Virus record (IMG/VR): IMGVR_UViG_3300000439_000004
Coordinates: 64,001-128,000 of that record
Strand: one strand, 5' to 3'
Length of the DNA: 64,000 bases
Source of the DNA: a virus
Taxonomy: Duplodnaviria; Caudoviricetes
The position numbers and the translations under genes are program-made. The notes beneath the pieces were generated by a model, which saw only the letters and a program-made list of their open reading frames with translations, was not told where the DNA came from and did no database searches. The number at the start of each line of letters is the position of its first letter. Within the stretch, counting starts at the first letter, position 1. Positions 49,226 to 59,388 of the stretch are shown here, one piece after another.

Positions 49226-50200
49226 ATGACATTTAATGATTTCAAAACATTTTTTTCAAGTAACCTAAAATGGGTATATAGAGATAAATGTGATGCTGTT
49301 CTTAAAAGACAATACACTAAAATTGGTAAATATCGTTTTTGTGATAAAAATCAAAAATATGGTATCCTTGATAATGATGGTAGATGGGGGTTTGAAAATA
49401 CCATAAATACTAATTCAAGATGTGCATTAGAATTATATAATATTTATCTTGAGTTTGGTAATGAAAAATTAGATTTTTTTGATAATACAGAATATTCAAT
49501 TAATAAATTATGGAATTTTATTGAAGAAAACTTTGAATTATTGTTAACTTATAATATTGAAACAAAATACTATCATAGGTTTAGACTTATTTGTAATCTT
49601 TCTTGGTCAAGAGGTCAAATAACATCGGTTTTATTTTACCTAACTCATAAAAATATATTTCCTGACACTATTAAAACGACTATTGAATTAGAAAGAGGTT
49701 TGTTTTTAGATTTAAAAGGAATTGATGGATTGTTAACACAAAAAGATGGGACTGATATAACGTTACAAATAAAAAGTGGATCTTTTGAAAAGAAGAAACG
49801 ATTTTATATAATTAATGGTGCTCAAAATGATTTTAATAGTCCCACTAATTATTATTGTTATATTAATATCGGTGAAAATAATAACCAAATTATTGTTTTT
49901 GAAAATAAAAAAGAAAACATAATGTCAAATGGTAGTCAATGTATAATTGATGAAGAATTTGTAAAATATATAGATATGGAAAATAAAGAAAATATATCAC
50001 AAAAATTAATGGAAATATTATTGTTTTGTTCAAAAAATAAATTTGTTTTTGAATTAAAAAATAATGAAGATGAAAATGGATTTAAAATTGATACTGAACC
50101 TGAAAAAGTGGTAACAATTTCAATTAAAGATTTTGAAGATAAAGATTTATATGATTTATTGGAAGAGAACTTTAACTTATTAAAGAATCTCCCCCAATAA
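49226..50200 (+). CDS. Hypothetical protein, possible PD-(D/E)xK-like nuclease
   Basis: DLKGIDGLL...TLQIK motif. Confidence 0.4.
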   Translation: MTFNDFKTFFSSNLKWVYRDKCDAVLKRQYTKIGKYRFCDKNQKYGILDNDGRWGFENTINTNSRCALELYNIYLEFGNEKLDFFDNTEYSINKLWNFIEENFELLLTYNIETKYYHRFRLICNLSWSRGQITSVLFYLTHKNIFPDTIKTTIELERGLFLDLKGIDGLLTQKDGTDITLQIKSGSFEKKKRFYIINGAQNDFNSPTNYYCYINIGENNNQIIVFENKKENIMSNGSQCIIDEEFVKYIDMENKENISQKLMEILLFCSKNKFVFELKNNEDENGFKIDTEPEKVVTISIKDFEDKDLYDLLEENFNLLKNLPQ

Positions 50201-53026
50201 TTCTTTCGTAAAGGATTCTGAATATTCCCCGTCACCCATTACCTGATCTATAATGTTTTTCTTTTTATTCAACATATTATAGATTATTCTTTCTATTGTA
50301 TTATCAAATATTGGGTAATAAACCATGACACCCTTTTTTTGACCATATCTGTATGCCCTATCTTCTGCTTGTGAATGTAATGCCGGTACAAATGCCAAGT
50401 CATTCATAATTACAACTTCCGCTGCAGTTAAAGTAATGCCAACACCACCAGCAACAATGTTAGAAATGAATATTTTTATTTTATCTTCATTTTGAAATTT
50501 ATCAACACTTTCCTGTCTTTTTTCTTTTGACATTCTACCATCTAATATTACTGAATTTTTCTTGTATTTTTCATGTAACATATCCAATGTCATTGTGAAA
50601 TTAGTAAATACAATAACCTTTTTATCTTGTTCTAATGCTTTATCAATTAATTCACAAGTATAGTCTATTTTTTCAAATGATATTACTTGTCTAATTTTCA
50701 TTAAACGATTGATTGTAACGGTAATATTTTCATTATCCTTCTTTTCGTTAGAAATCCTCATGAAATCTTCCAACTCTTCTTCATAATAGGTACTTTTTAA
50801 CTCCAAAAAAACTGGTGATATAAACTTCTCTGGCAAATCTAATATATCCGTCTTCATTCGTCTTAAAACAAGGTTTTTTGTACGTTCTCTTAGTTCATCT
50901 AAGTGACTAGCACCACTAGTATTCCATATTTTTTTACCATTTACAGTAAATTGAAATCCTTTACAATATCTTTTAACATAACTTTGCCAATTAAGAGTTA
51001 AAGGTGATTCAACAATGTTCAAAAGATTAAAATAATTTATAGGTCTTGATGTCATGGGTGTACCAGTTAATAACCAAACTTTAGGTATTTTAGATAAAAT
51101 ATCATTTAATAGTTTAGTTCTATTTGCTGTGGTGTTTGAAATCATATGTGCTTCATCCACGATGGCTAAATCAAATTTTTCATTTTCTATTAAATTTAAT
51201 TCAGGGTTTTCGTTACCTATTGCATGATAGTTTTTTATAATATCATAATTGATAATATAAAACTTAAATGTAGACCCCCATTTTTTACCTTCGACAATTA
51301 AAACACGTTCATCTGAATAGTTTTTAATTTCTCTTAACCAGTTAATCTTTAATGATGCTGGACAAATAATTAATATTTTTTTTGCACCACTTTCTAATGA
51401 TGCAATGGCAGCTGAGGTTGTATTATGTGTAACAATAGCATGTTCAGCAACATATAATTTATCAGGTGAATCAACTGAAATACATGTGCATTCACTTTCA
51501 CCATATTTTTCAATATTGGTAATATATCTACCCGTTGGATATTTTTTAGGTTCATTATATAATTCTAATTTTCGTTTTAAACGAAATGGGTTCATACCTG
51601 GTGGTAATTTTATATTTAATCTATATGATATTTTACATTCAACTCTAACCCCGTTTTTTTTGTAAAAACTTCTTCTTGACCTTTTTCTACATATACCACC
51701 TAAAGTATGTACAATTTCAGCAAGATCGTCACATAATTTTTCAGATACGGTTGAATATTCAGTTCCATTAAAATTACCATTTTTTGATTTCATACAATGT
51801 CCATCAGTATCCATTAAACCTTGTAAAATAGATAAACGATTTTCAATTGATGAATATTTGTATATATCAGGTATAAATTTATTATGTGATCGAGTATGTT
51901 CCAAATGTAGATCAAATAATGAATTTCCAACATTTATATAACCATTTCTTTTGTTATCTTGTGGTTTATTTTCTTTTAATCCAAATAAACTAAATAAAGA
52001 ATCATAATCATCTTTATGAACAGAAAATTTTATGTTTTTATTTTTAAATGACCCGTCACCCAATCCAAGTCCTAACAAATAAGGATCAATCGGTAAAATA
52101 TTTTTATTATCAAATTCTATTGGTTTAACAATTGGTATTTGCCACTTATTATTTCCATTGGGGGATTTATAATATGTTTCAATTTTGTAATCTCTATCTT
52201 CATTATAACCACTACCTTTTATTAAAATTTTCCCACCTTCAAACATTTGTTTAGTTGATAATACTAAAGATTTTTTTAATCTATCATTTTTTCTATTTTT
52301 ACCATAATTTGGAGATGAAACTGACCATAAATGTTCATCCCCACTTAAAATTGTATATCCATCATTAAAAGTTATTTTATACGTTTCTTTTTTACCTTGA
52401 GGAAATACACCAATTACATTACACGGTTTACCATTTGAACCGATTACCTTATCACCAATAACAATTTCACCCATTTTTTTCACACCTAACTCATTGTAAA
52501 TCAATGTGTTATTGTCTAAAAATTTCCCTAAACCCATATCATCCGCTAATATGAATTTATCATTTGCCAATAATTTTTCAATTGCAATTTTTTGATGATC
52601 CATTGGTGGTCTGGTACTATAAGGACTATAATCAATAACTCTATTTAACTTTTTTTCAGGTTGAACAATTGCCGCCTTTGGTAACCAAAATGCATGATTA
52701 ACTTCGTGATCAAGATATTTTCCCCATATATGGTAAGCCTTATCGCTTTCACATAATAATTTTTCACACCAAATATGTTCCAATTTATCTAATAATAGAC
52801 GTTCATCCATTATTTTTTCAGCGAAAGAATCAACTATTTTAATATGTTTTTTTGCTACTTTTGGTTCAACGTTATGGTAGTTTAATACATAATCTGATTG
52901 TGGGCGTGTCAATTTAAAGTTCTTAACAGACGTGAACTTGTTCTTCAATTCTAATAGATGGTTATTTGCACCACTATATTCTAATAATATTTCTCTAGCC
53001 CTGATTTCAGGAATTTTATTATTCAT
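50180..53026 (-). CDS. SNF2-family helicase with class 3 intein
   Basis: LADDMGLGK|T, ICPASLKINW, IVDEAH, LTGTP, QAEDRAYRYGQ. Confidence 0.92.
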   Translation of the reverse strand: MNNKIPEIRAREILLEYSGANNHLLELKNKFTSVKNFKLTRPQSDYVLNYHNVEPKVAKKHIKIVDSFAEKIMDERLLLDKLEHIWCEKLLCESDKAYHIWGKYLDHEVNHAFWLPKAAIVQPEKKLNRVIDYSPYSTRPPMDHQKIAIEKLLANDKFILADDMGLGKFLDNNTLIYNELGVKKMGEIVIGDKVIGSNGKPCNVIGVFPQGKKETYKITFNDGYTILSGDEHLWSVSSPNYGKNRKNDRLKKSLVLSTKQMFEGGKILIKGSGYNEDRDYKIETYYKSPNGNNKWQIPIVKPIEFDNKNILPIDPYLLGLGLGDGSFKNKNIKFSVHKDDYDSLFSLFGLKENKPQDNKRNGYINVGNSLFDLHLEHTRSHNKFIPDIYKYSSIENRLSILQGLMDTDGHCMKSKNGNFNGTEYSTVSEKLCDDLAEIVHTLGGICRKRSRRSFYKKNGVRVECKISYRLNIKLPPGMNPFRLKRKLELYNEPKKYPTGRYITNIEKYGESECTCISVDSPDKLYVAEHAIVTHNTTSAAIASLESGAKKILIICPASLKINWLREIKNYSDERVLIVEGKKWGSTFKFYIINYDIIKNYHAIGNENPELNLIENEKFDLAIVDEAHMISNTTANRTKLLNDILSKIPKVWLLTGTPMTSRPINYFNLLNIVESPLTLNWQSYVKRYCKGFQFTVNGKKIWNTSGASHLDELRERTKNLVLRRMKTDILDLPEKFISPVFLELKSTYYEEELEDFMRISNEKKDNENITVTINRLMKIRQVISFEKIDYTCELIDKALEQDKKVIVFTNFTMTLDMLHEKYKKNSVILDGRMSKEKRQESVDKFQNEDKIKIFISNIVAGGVGITLTAAEVVIMNDLAFVPALHSQAEDRAYRYGQKKGVMVYYPIFDNTIERIIYNMLNKKKNIIDQVMGDGEYSESFTKELLGEIL
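51422..52522 (-). mobile_element. Class 3 intein starting with Phe, LAGLIDADG endonuclease, 367 aa
   Basis: GLGK|FLDNNT...DEHLW...CTCISV...IVTHN|TT. Confidence 0.88.
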
Positions 53027-53074
53027 AATAAAATATAATAAAATGGAATGACATTTTAAAGTATTTATAAGTAT

Positions 53075-53128
53075 ATGGATAATAAATTACCTATCACGCG
53101 TCTTTCTAAATTAAAAATCTATTTATAA
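53075..53128 (+). pseudogene. Orphaned duplicate of the start of the gene at 53888
   Basis: MDNKLPITRLSKLKIYL* versus MSDSRIPITRLSKFISE. Confidence 0.75.
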
Positions 53129-53130
53129 TT

Positions 53131-53895
53131 ATGATAATTTATAAAACAACAAATATAATAAACAATAAAATTTATATCGGTCAAGATAAAAATAATAATC
53201 CTAATTACATTGGTTCTGGTAATCTAATAAAATATGCAATAAAGAAATATGGAAAAGAAAATTTTATTAAAGAAATTTTATACTATTGTTTAACGATAAA
53301 TGAGTTAAATGAAAAAGAACGTTTTTATATAAAACAATATAATTCTACCGATAAAAATATTGGTTATAATATTTCTGTTGGTGGAACGAATGGCGTGATG
53401 TTGTTTAGAAAACATACAAAAGAAACAATTGAAAAAATGAAAAATTCATCAATAGGTAAAAAAAAGTCAGAATCTCATTGTAAAAACATTGGATTATCTA
53501 AAAAAGGTAGAATAGTATCCGATGAAGAAAAAAGAAAAAGAAGTGAGAATAGTCCATTAAAGGGAATTAAAAAATTACCAATGAGTGATGAAATTAAAAA
53601 AAAGATTAGTGAAACGAAAAAGGGTACTAAACATCGTAAAGAAACTATACTAAAATTAAGGGAATTAAATATTGGATCAAAAAATTATTTTTATGGTAAA
53701 AAACATTCAGAAGAATTTTTAAAATCTAAAAGGAAAAAAATAATACAAATTAGTTTAAATGATGAATTTATCAAAGAGTGGGAAAGTTTAAGTGAAGCAA
53801 GTAAAAACTTGAATATTTATGTAAGTAATATCTGTAATGTCTTAAAAGGAAGATATAAGACTACAGGTGGTTTTAAATTTACATATTATGAGTGA
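53131..53895 (+). CDS. Free-standing GIY-YIG homing endonuclease with NUMOD3/NUMOD1-like repeats
   Basis: IIYKTTN...KIYIG, YIGSG, GYN; HTKETIEKM, HSEE, TTGGFKF. Confidence 0.9.
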   Translation: MIIYKTTNIINNKIYIGQDKNNNPNYIGSGNLIKYAIKKYGKENFIKEILYYCLTINELNEKERFYIKQYNSTDKNIGYNISVGGTNGVMLFRKHTKETIEKMKNSSIGKKKSESHCKNIGLSKKGRIVSDEEKRKRSENSPLKGIKKLPMSDEIKKKISETKKGTKHRKETILKLRELNIGSKNYFYGKKHSEEFLKSKRKKIIQISLNDEFIKEWESLSEASKNLNIYVSNICNVLKGRYKTTGGFKFTYYE

Positions 53896-54403
53896 TTCAA
53901 GAATTCCTATTACGAGACTTTCTAAATTTATTTCTGAAGATGATTTTCAACTCAATATTTCAATGGGGGAAGAATACCTTCATGGTGATTTAAATATGAA
54001 ACTTGTATTATATAGGGTTGATAGACAAAAAACAGATATTGACAATGTATATGGTGAAGTTGGGATGGATGAAATTAAATATCAACCACCTGTTGAATTT
54101 AATGCTTTGGTTAAAATTATTGAACCAAAAAATAGTTCATATAAGGATGGTTTGGTAAGATATAATGAACCCGGAAATATGACTGTATCAGTTTATATCA
54201 AACATTTAAATGATATGAAAATTGATATTAAATATGGTGATTATATAGGTTATCCTGAATCTGAAACAAAAACAAGATATTATAGTGTTGTGGACGATGG
54301 AAAAGTAACTTCAGACAATAAACATACGATGTTCGGTTATAAACCTTTTTACAGGACTATAACTTGTTCACCTGTACAAGACGGAGAATTTAGAGGAGTT
54401 TAA
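53888..54403 (+). CDS. Probable head completion/neck protein (gp14-like)
   Basis: VLYRVD...NVYGE...PPVE...GD pattern; position before the tail terminator-like gene; start ATG 53888. Confidence 0.55.
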   Translation: MSDSRIPITRLSKFISEDDFQLNISMGEEYLHGDLNMKLVLYRVDRQKTDIDNVYGEVGMDEIKYQPPVEFNALVKIIEPKNSSYKDGLVRYNEPGNMTVSVYIKHLNDMKIDIKYGDYIGYPESETKTRYYSVVDDGKVTSDNKHTMFGYKPFYRTITCSPVQDGEFRGV

Positions 54404-54404
54404 T

Positions 54405-55640
54405 ATGGGAATACCAAGAAGAAAAACGAATATTCAAATATATTCGGGGAAAATTTTAACGGATAGAAGACAAGAATTGTTAGATAACATCACAAAAAAT
54501 GATCCTTATCTACCTGATAGTATATTGCATGATGATTTAGATAGAGGTTTATTGGATTATGTGATTGATAATTTTAAAGTTACATCTGATGGTAAACAAA
54601 TTCCTATTATAGAAAAAATATTAACAATACAAAGATGGGCAGAATTTACAAATAATTGGGAGTTTACAGATGAGGATGGTGTTGTTCAATTACCATTTGT
54701 TTCAATTATTAGAAAACCTGATGTACAATTTGGTACAAATCCATCCGTTCAAAGAACAATACCTGATAGACATCAGTTTTATTATTCTGTTGTACAAACT
54801 TGGAATGGTAATGAGAAAGGTGCCGATGTTTATAAAATACCACAACCAATACCTGTTGATATTACATATGATGTTACAATTATTTGTAATAAGTTTAGAG
54901 ATGTGAATAAATTTAATAAAATTGTTTTACAACATTTTGCATCAAGACAAGATTATACAATTGTTAAAGGACATTATATTCCAATAGTTCTTGACAAAAT
55001 TGAGGATAATACACCGATGCAAACATTGGATGGTCGTAGATTTTATGTTCAAAATTATCAATTCACAATGTTAGGATTTTTAATTGATAGTGATGAATTT
55101 GAAGTTAAGCCGGCAATAAGTAGGGCAATATTGACTGATGAAATCATTGTAGAAGGTAAACCAAATAAATCAATAAAACAAACTGTTATTGATATTAGTA
55201 TGGCTTCTTTCACTGGAAATGACTCTCAAATAATATTTTCAGTAGGTGAACCTATGGGTGTTTTATTTAATGTAACAATTAATGGTTTAACACAAAGGGA
55301 AGGGGTAGATTATTTTCACATTGCAAATTCTTCAAGAATATCATTCTCAGTACCACCACAATCCGGTAGTGTAATACTTATAACATATTATAAAGGAAGA
55401 AACTCAACAATTACAAATAGTGATGGTTTAAGATTAAATTACACTATTGAATATTTTACCTATGATGGTTCAACTTTAATATTTAATACATCAAATACAA
55501 TTGCTAGTGTTGTATTTTTAGAAGTTAATGGTTTAATTGAAGAAAAATCAGTTGATTATAGAATTTCTACTTTAGGTGGTTTAGAACTATTACAATCCCC
55601 TGTTATTGGATCTACCATTGGTGTTGGTTACTTATATTAA
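54405..55640 (+). CDS. Probable tail terminator/sheath stabiliser (gp15-like) with C-terminal beta repeats
   Basis: QLPFVSI, PIPVDITY; NGL.Q..G.DY repeats. Confidence 0.55.
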   Translation: MGIPRRKTNIQIYSGKILTDRRQELLDNITKNDPYLPDSILHDDLDRGLLDYVIDNFKVTSDGKQIPIIEKILTIQRWAEFTNNWEFTDEDGVVQLPFVSIIRKPDVQFGTNPSVQRTIPDRHQFYYSVVQTWNGNEKGADVYKIPQPIPVDITYDVTIICNKFRDVNKFNKIVLQHFASRQDYTIVKGHYIPIVLDKIEDNTPMQTLDGRRFYVQNYQFTMLGFLIDSDEFEVKPAISRAILTDEIIVEGKPNKSIKQTVIDISMASFTGNDSQIIFSVGEPMGVLFNVTINGLTQREGVDYFHIANSSRISFSVPPQSGSVILITYYKGRNSTITNSDGLRLNYTIEYFTYDGSTLIFNTSNTIASVVFLEVNGLIEEKSVDYRISTLGGLELLQSPVIGSTIGVGYLY

Positions 55641-55795
55641 TCGTCACCATATAAATCTTTTTTTATTGGTTTACAATGTTGTTCAATCCATTTCTCAATA
55701 ATTTTATGGATTTTTAATCCATTTTTTTCACAATGATTTTTTAACATTGTGTGGTGTTTTTCACTTATTTTAACGTTTTTCTGTTTATTTTCCAT
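55637..55795 (-). CDS. Ribbon-helix-helix-like small DNA-binding protein (52 aa, below ORF-track cutoff)
   Basis: MENKQKNVKISEKHHTMLKNHCEKNGLKIHKIIEKWI... Confidence 0.7.
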   Translation of the reverse strand: MENKQKNVKISEKHHTMLKNHCEKNGLKIHKIIEKWIEQHCKPIKKDLYGDD

Positions 55796-55921
55796 ATAAA
55801 GATAATTTATGATATAAAAAGATATTTTATTATCTTAATTCTCAAATATAAGTAAATCTTTGATAAAAATAAAGATATTTATTAAATAAGAAATAAAATA
55901 TTAATAAAAACAACAAAATCA

Positions 55922-58900
55922 ATGGCAAATTCAAACAGAGTATTCGTTTCTCCGGGTGTATATACATCAGAGCTCGATTTAACATTTGTGGCACAAAGTG
56001 TTGGTGTTACAACATTGGGTTTAGTGGGTGAGACTTTAAAAGGTCCGGCTTTTGAACCTATCTTAATTTCATCTTGGGATGATTTTACAACATATTTTGG
56101 TAGTTCTTCACCTGAAAAAGATGGTGTTGGAAATCCAAAATACGAATTACCTTACTTCGCAAATTCTTATTTATCAGAAGCAAATCAATTATTCGTTACA
56201 AGAATACTTGGTTATACAGGGTATAAACAATATAATACATTTGGTATTAGTACAGAAGGTGGCGCACAAATTACAAACTATTCAACAAGTGCATTAACAA
56301 TAACAACTGTAACTGGTATTACTATTCCATCAAATCATGTTATAATTTCATCATTTAGTAATTACACTTCAATATCTGGTACAATGCAAAAAGCGTTTTC
56401 AGGTATGACAGGAAGTACTTTTTACTCAAATTTATCAGGAAAAACTGCCGTTAGTGGAACAACAGGTACAACAGTTGTGTCATATATAACTGGTGGTACC
56501 TTTAATAATGGTGATTATTTCACTATTGGTTATGTACCAACAGGTTTAACATCAGGATTAACAGGTAATACATTAGTGTCTCCAATTGGTACTTTAACAG
56601 ATTTAAATTGGAATGATGTGTATTATACAGGTACAACTGCAAGTATTACATCAACAACTGGTGTTTATTCATATTTATTTGTTTATTCAGCATCAACATC
56701 TACTTTTAATGTCACTAGATTACTTTATAGTGCTTCATATCAATATAGTATAAATGACCCTAATTTCCAATTTTATCCACAATTATCTGGTAACACCGCA
56801 AGTAATGGAACATTATTAAATAATTATATTTTATCAAATATTAGTGGTAATACAAGTACTGATAGTACATGGTTTACAATTGGTCTTGTACCTAGTAGTT
56901 ATACTAGTGGTTTAACAACAACTTTAAATGTACCATCGCCAGTAACATCAAGAAATAATGCTAGCGATTATAATGGTAAAGAATGGTATAATATTTTTTG
57001 TGATTTGGATTTATCAGGTAATATACAAAGTGTTTCATCATATTTATTTCAATATTATTTAAATAGTGATAATACTAATACACCTTTTTATAGTGTAACA
57101 AGATTTCAATATCCAGCCACTATAAATTCAGCATACGATGACATTATTGTTGCCGCATTAAGACCTCGTGGACATTATTCAAGTAATGTATTGAAATATG
57201 AGGTTACTGGTAGTTCATATGTTAATATCACATCATCATATGATTTATCACAAAACCCATTCGCTGATTTTGTAATAAATGTAACCGGTAATACTGGTGG
57301 TGCTAAATCATTGACAGTTAATTTAGATCAAACATCAAATAAATCAATAACAAAAGTATTAGGTACAGATGTTTATGATAGAAATTACACAGATAATCCA
57401 TTATATGTTTTTGAATTCTATCCTAACTTTTTATTAAACGCATTTGAACAAGGTTATATTAGAGGTATTTCAACACAAGTTATTTATGATACAAATAATG
57501 ATTCATTTTTACCTAACCCTAATGGAGATTATGGTTCATATAAAGCATATGATACCCCAATGTCACCAACGGTTGTTTCTGAAGTAAGAGGTGGTAAAGT
57601 ATTAGATTTATTTAATATAATTACAATATCAGATGGTGACTCAGCAAATGAAGATATTAAAATAACAATTCAAAATATCAATACAGATACTGGTGAATTT
57701 GATTTAATTGTTAGAGATTTTAATGATAGTGATTCAAATCAAGTTTTACTTGAAAAATTTTCAAGATGTTCTATGAATCCAGATGTTCCAGGTTATGTGG
57801 CGTTAAAAGTAGGTACATCTGATGGACAATTCCCATTATTATCAAAATATATAATGTTGAGTATGGACCCTAACGCACCTTCTGATGCAATACCTGCTGG
57901 ATTTAGAGGTTTTGTAAGAAATAGTGATTTTGGTTCAGGTAATGAAAAACTTGGTTCAGTACTTTATAAAACACAATATTTCACCGCTGGTGATACAATG
58001 TATTATGATAGTACAGGTGCACCTATTACTTCATCAGGTGATAAAGTTAGAAACGTAACATTAGGTTTATCTTCATCAAATGGTTTCAATTATGATGCAG
58101 ATTTATTCAAATATAAAGGTTGGAGATCAGCGGGACAAACATTTGGTTTCCACTTATCCGTAAATGCAACTGGTATAACTCAAACTGGTACAACATATCA
58201 AACAACACCTTACGATTTTGAGGGTCAAACTGGTACTAATAATATGTTAAATACACCAGCGAATTGTAAATTTACTTTTGCAGTATGTGGTGGTTTTGAT
58301 GGTTGGGACATATATAGAAACACTAGAACATATGGTGACGCTTATATTTTAGGTAAATCAACATACAATAATAATAACATAAACAATGGAGGTATATTTA
58401 ACGTAACGAATGGTAATTCGGATTACTATTCATATTATGACGGTATCCAAACATTTGCAAATCCAGAAGCAGTAGATATTAATGTATTCGCAACACCGGG
58501 TATTAACTTCTTTGATCATAGTTCTTTAACAAATCAAGCAATTGAAATGATTGAAGTTGATAGAGCGGATTCATTATATGTCATATCATCACCTAATGAA
58601 AGTACTGCGGATGGTGTAATTGGTGATATTATGGATCAAGAATATGATAGTAACTATTCGGCAACATATTGGCCTTGGATTCAAGTAAAAGATGTTGATA
58701 ATGCAACCCAAATTTATATTCCACCAACAGGGGAAGTATTGAGAAATATTGCGTTAACTGATAATATAGCATACCCTTGGTACGCATCGGCTGGTTATTC
58801 AAGAGGTCTTGTTAATTCAATTAAAGCAGTTAAAAAATTAACTGCCGATGAAAGGGATAATTTATATAAAAATAGAATTAACCCAATTGCAACATTCTCC

Positions 58901-59269
58901 GATACTGGTACAATCATTTGGGGTAATAAAACACTTCAAGTTAGAGAATCTGCACTTGATAGAATTAACGTAAGAAGATTATTATTGAGAGCAAGAAAAT
59001 TAATTTCAGCTGTTTGTGTAAGATTATTGTTTGAACAAGATGATGATCAAATTAGACAAGAATTCTTGAGATTAGTTAATCCAATTCTTGATGCAATTAA
59101 GAAAGAAAGAGGTTTAACTGATTTCCGTGTAACTGTTTCTAATGACCCGGCAGATATTGATGCTAACACTTTGAGTGGTAAAATATATATTAAACCAACT
59201 CGTAGTTTGGAATTTATTGATGTAGAATTTATCATAACTCCAACAGGAGCTTCATTTGAAAACGTGTAA
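55922..59269 (+). CDS. Tail sheath protein (gp18-like)
   Basis: SPGVYTSELD, YWPW, PWYASAGYSRG, INPI, WGNKTL, RINVRRLL, KPTRSLEFI. Confidence 0.96.
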   Translation: MANSNRVFVSPGVYTSELDLTFVAQSVGVTTLGLVGETLKGPAFEPILISSWDDFTTYFGSSSPEKDGVGNPKYELPYFANSYLSEANQLFVTRILGYTGYKQYNTFGISTEGGAQITNYSTSALTITTVTGITIPSNHVIISSFSNYTSISGTMQKAFSGMTGSTFYSNLSGKTAVSGTTGTTVVSYITGGTFNNGDYFTIGYVPTGLTSGLTGNTLVSPIGTLTDLNWNDVYYTGTTASITSTTGVYSYLFVYSASTSTFNVTRLLYSASYQYSINDPNFQFYPQLSGNTASNGTLLNNYILSNISGNTSTDSTWFTIGLVPSSYTSGLTTTLNVPSPVTSRNNASDYNGKEWYNIFCDLDLSGNIQSVSSYLFQYYLNSDNTNTPFYSVTRFQYPATINSAYDDIIVAALRPRGHYSSNVLKYEVTGSSYVNITSSYDLSQNPFADFVINVTGNTGGAKSLTVNLDQTSNKSITKVLGTDVYDRNYTDNPLYVFEFYPNFLLNAFEQGYIRGISTQVIYDTNNDSFLPNPNGDYGSYKAYDTPMSPTVVSEVRGGKVLDLFNIITISDGDSANEDIKITIQNINTDTGEFDLIVRDFNDSDSNQVLLEKFSRCSMNPDVPGYVALKVGTSDGQFPLLSKYIMLSMDPNAPSDAIPAGFRGFVRNSDFGSGNEKLGSVLYKTQYFTAGDTMYYDSTGAPITSSGDKVRNVTLGLSSSNGFNYDADLFKYKGWRSAGQTFGFHLSVNATGITQTGTTYQTTPYDFEGQTGTNNMLNTPANCKFTFAVCGGFDGWDIYRNTRTYGDAYILGKSTYNNNNINNGGIFNVTNGNSDYYSYYDGIQTFANPEAVDINVFATPGINFFDHSSLTNQAIEMIEVDRADSLYVISSPNESTADGVIGDIMDQEYDSNYSATYWPWIQVKDVDNATQIYIPPTGEVLRNIALTDNIAYPWYASAGYSRGLVNSIKAVKKLTADERDNLYKNRINPIATFSDTGTIIWGNKTLQVRESALDRINVRRLLLRARKLISAVCVRLLFEQDDDQIRQEFLRLVNPILDAIKKERGLTDFRVTVSNDPADIDANTLSGKIYIKPTRSLEFIDVEFIITPTGASFENV

Positions 59270-59289
59270 AATTTAAACATAATAATTTT

Positions 59290-59325
59290 AAAAAACCTTT
59301 TAAGAATTTCTTAAAAGGTTTTTTT
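59290..59325 (+). terminator. Intrinsic terminator after the sheath gene
   Basis: AAAAAACCTTTTAAGAA/TTCTTAAAAGGTTTTTT. Confidence 0.85.
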
Positions 59326-59388
59326 ATTTTAATACTTTTTACTATATTTATGTATATATGTTAACGTTACCATTAAATATATTTTACC

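Noticed and set aside
53075-53930. Group I intron containing the GIY-YIG gene
   Set aside because: No room for a ribozyme core outside the ORF, and the downstream gene has its own complete start; not excluded experimentally
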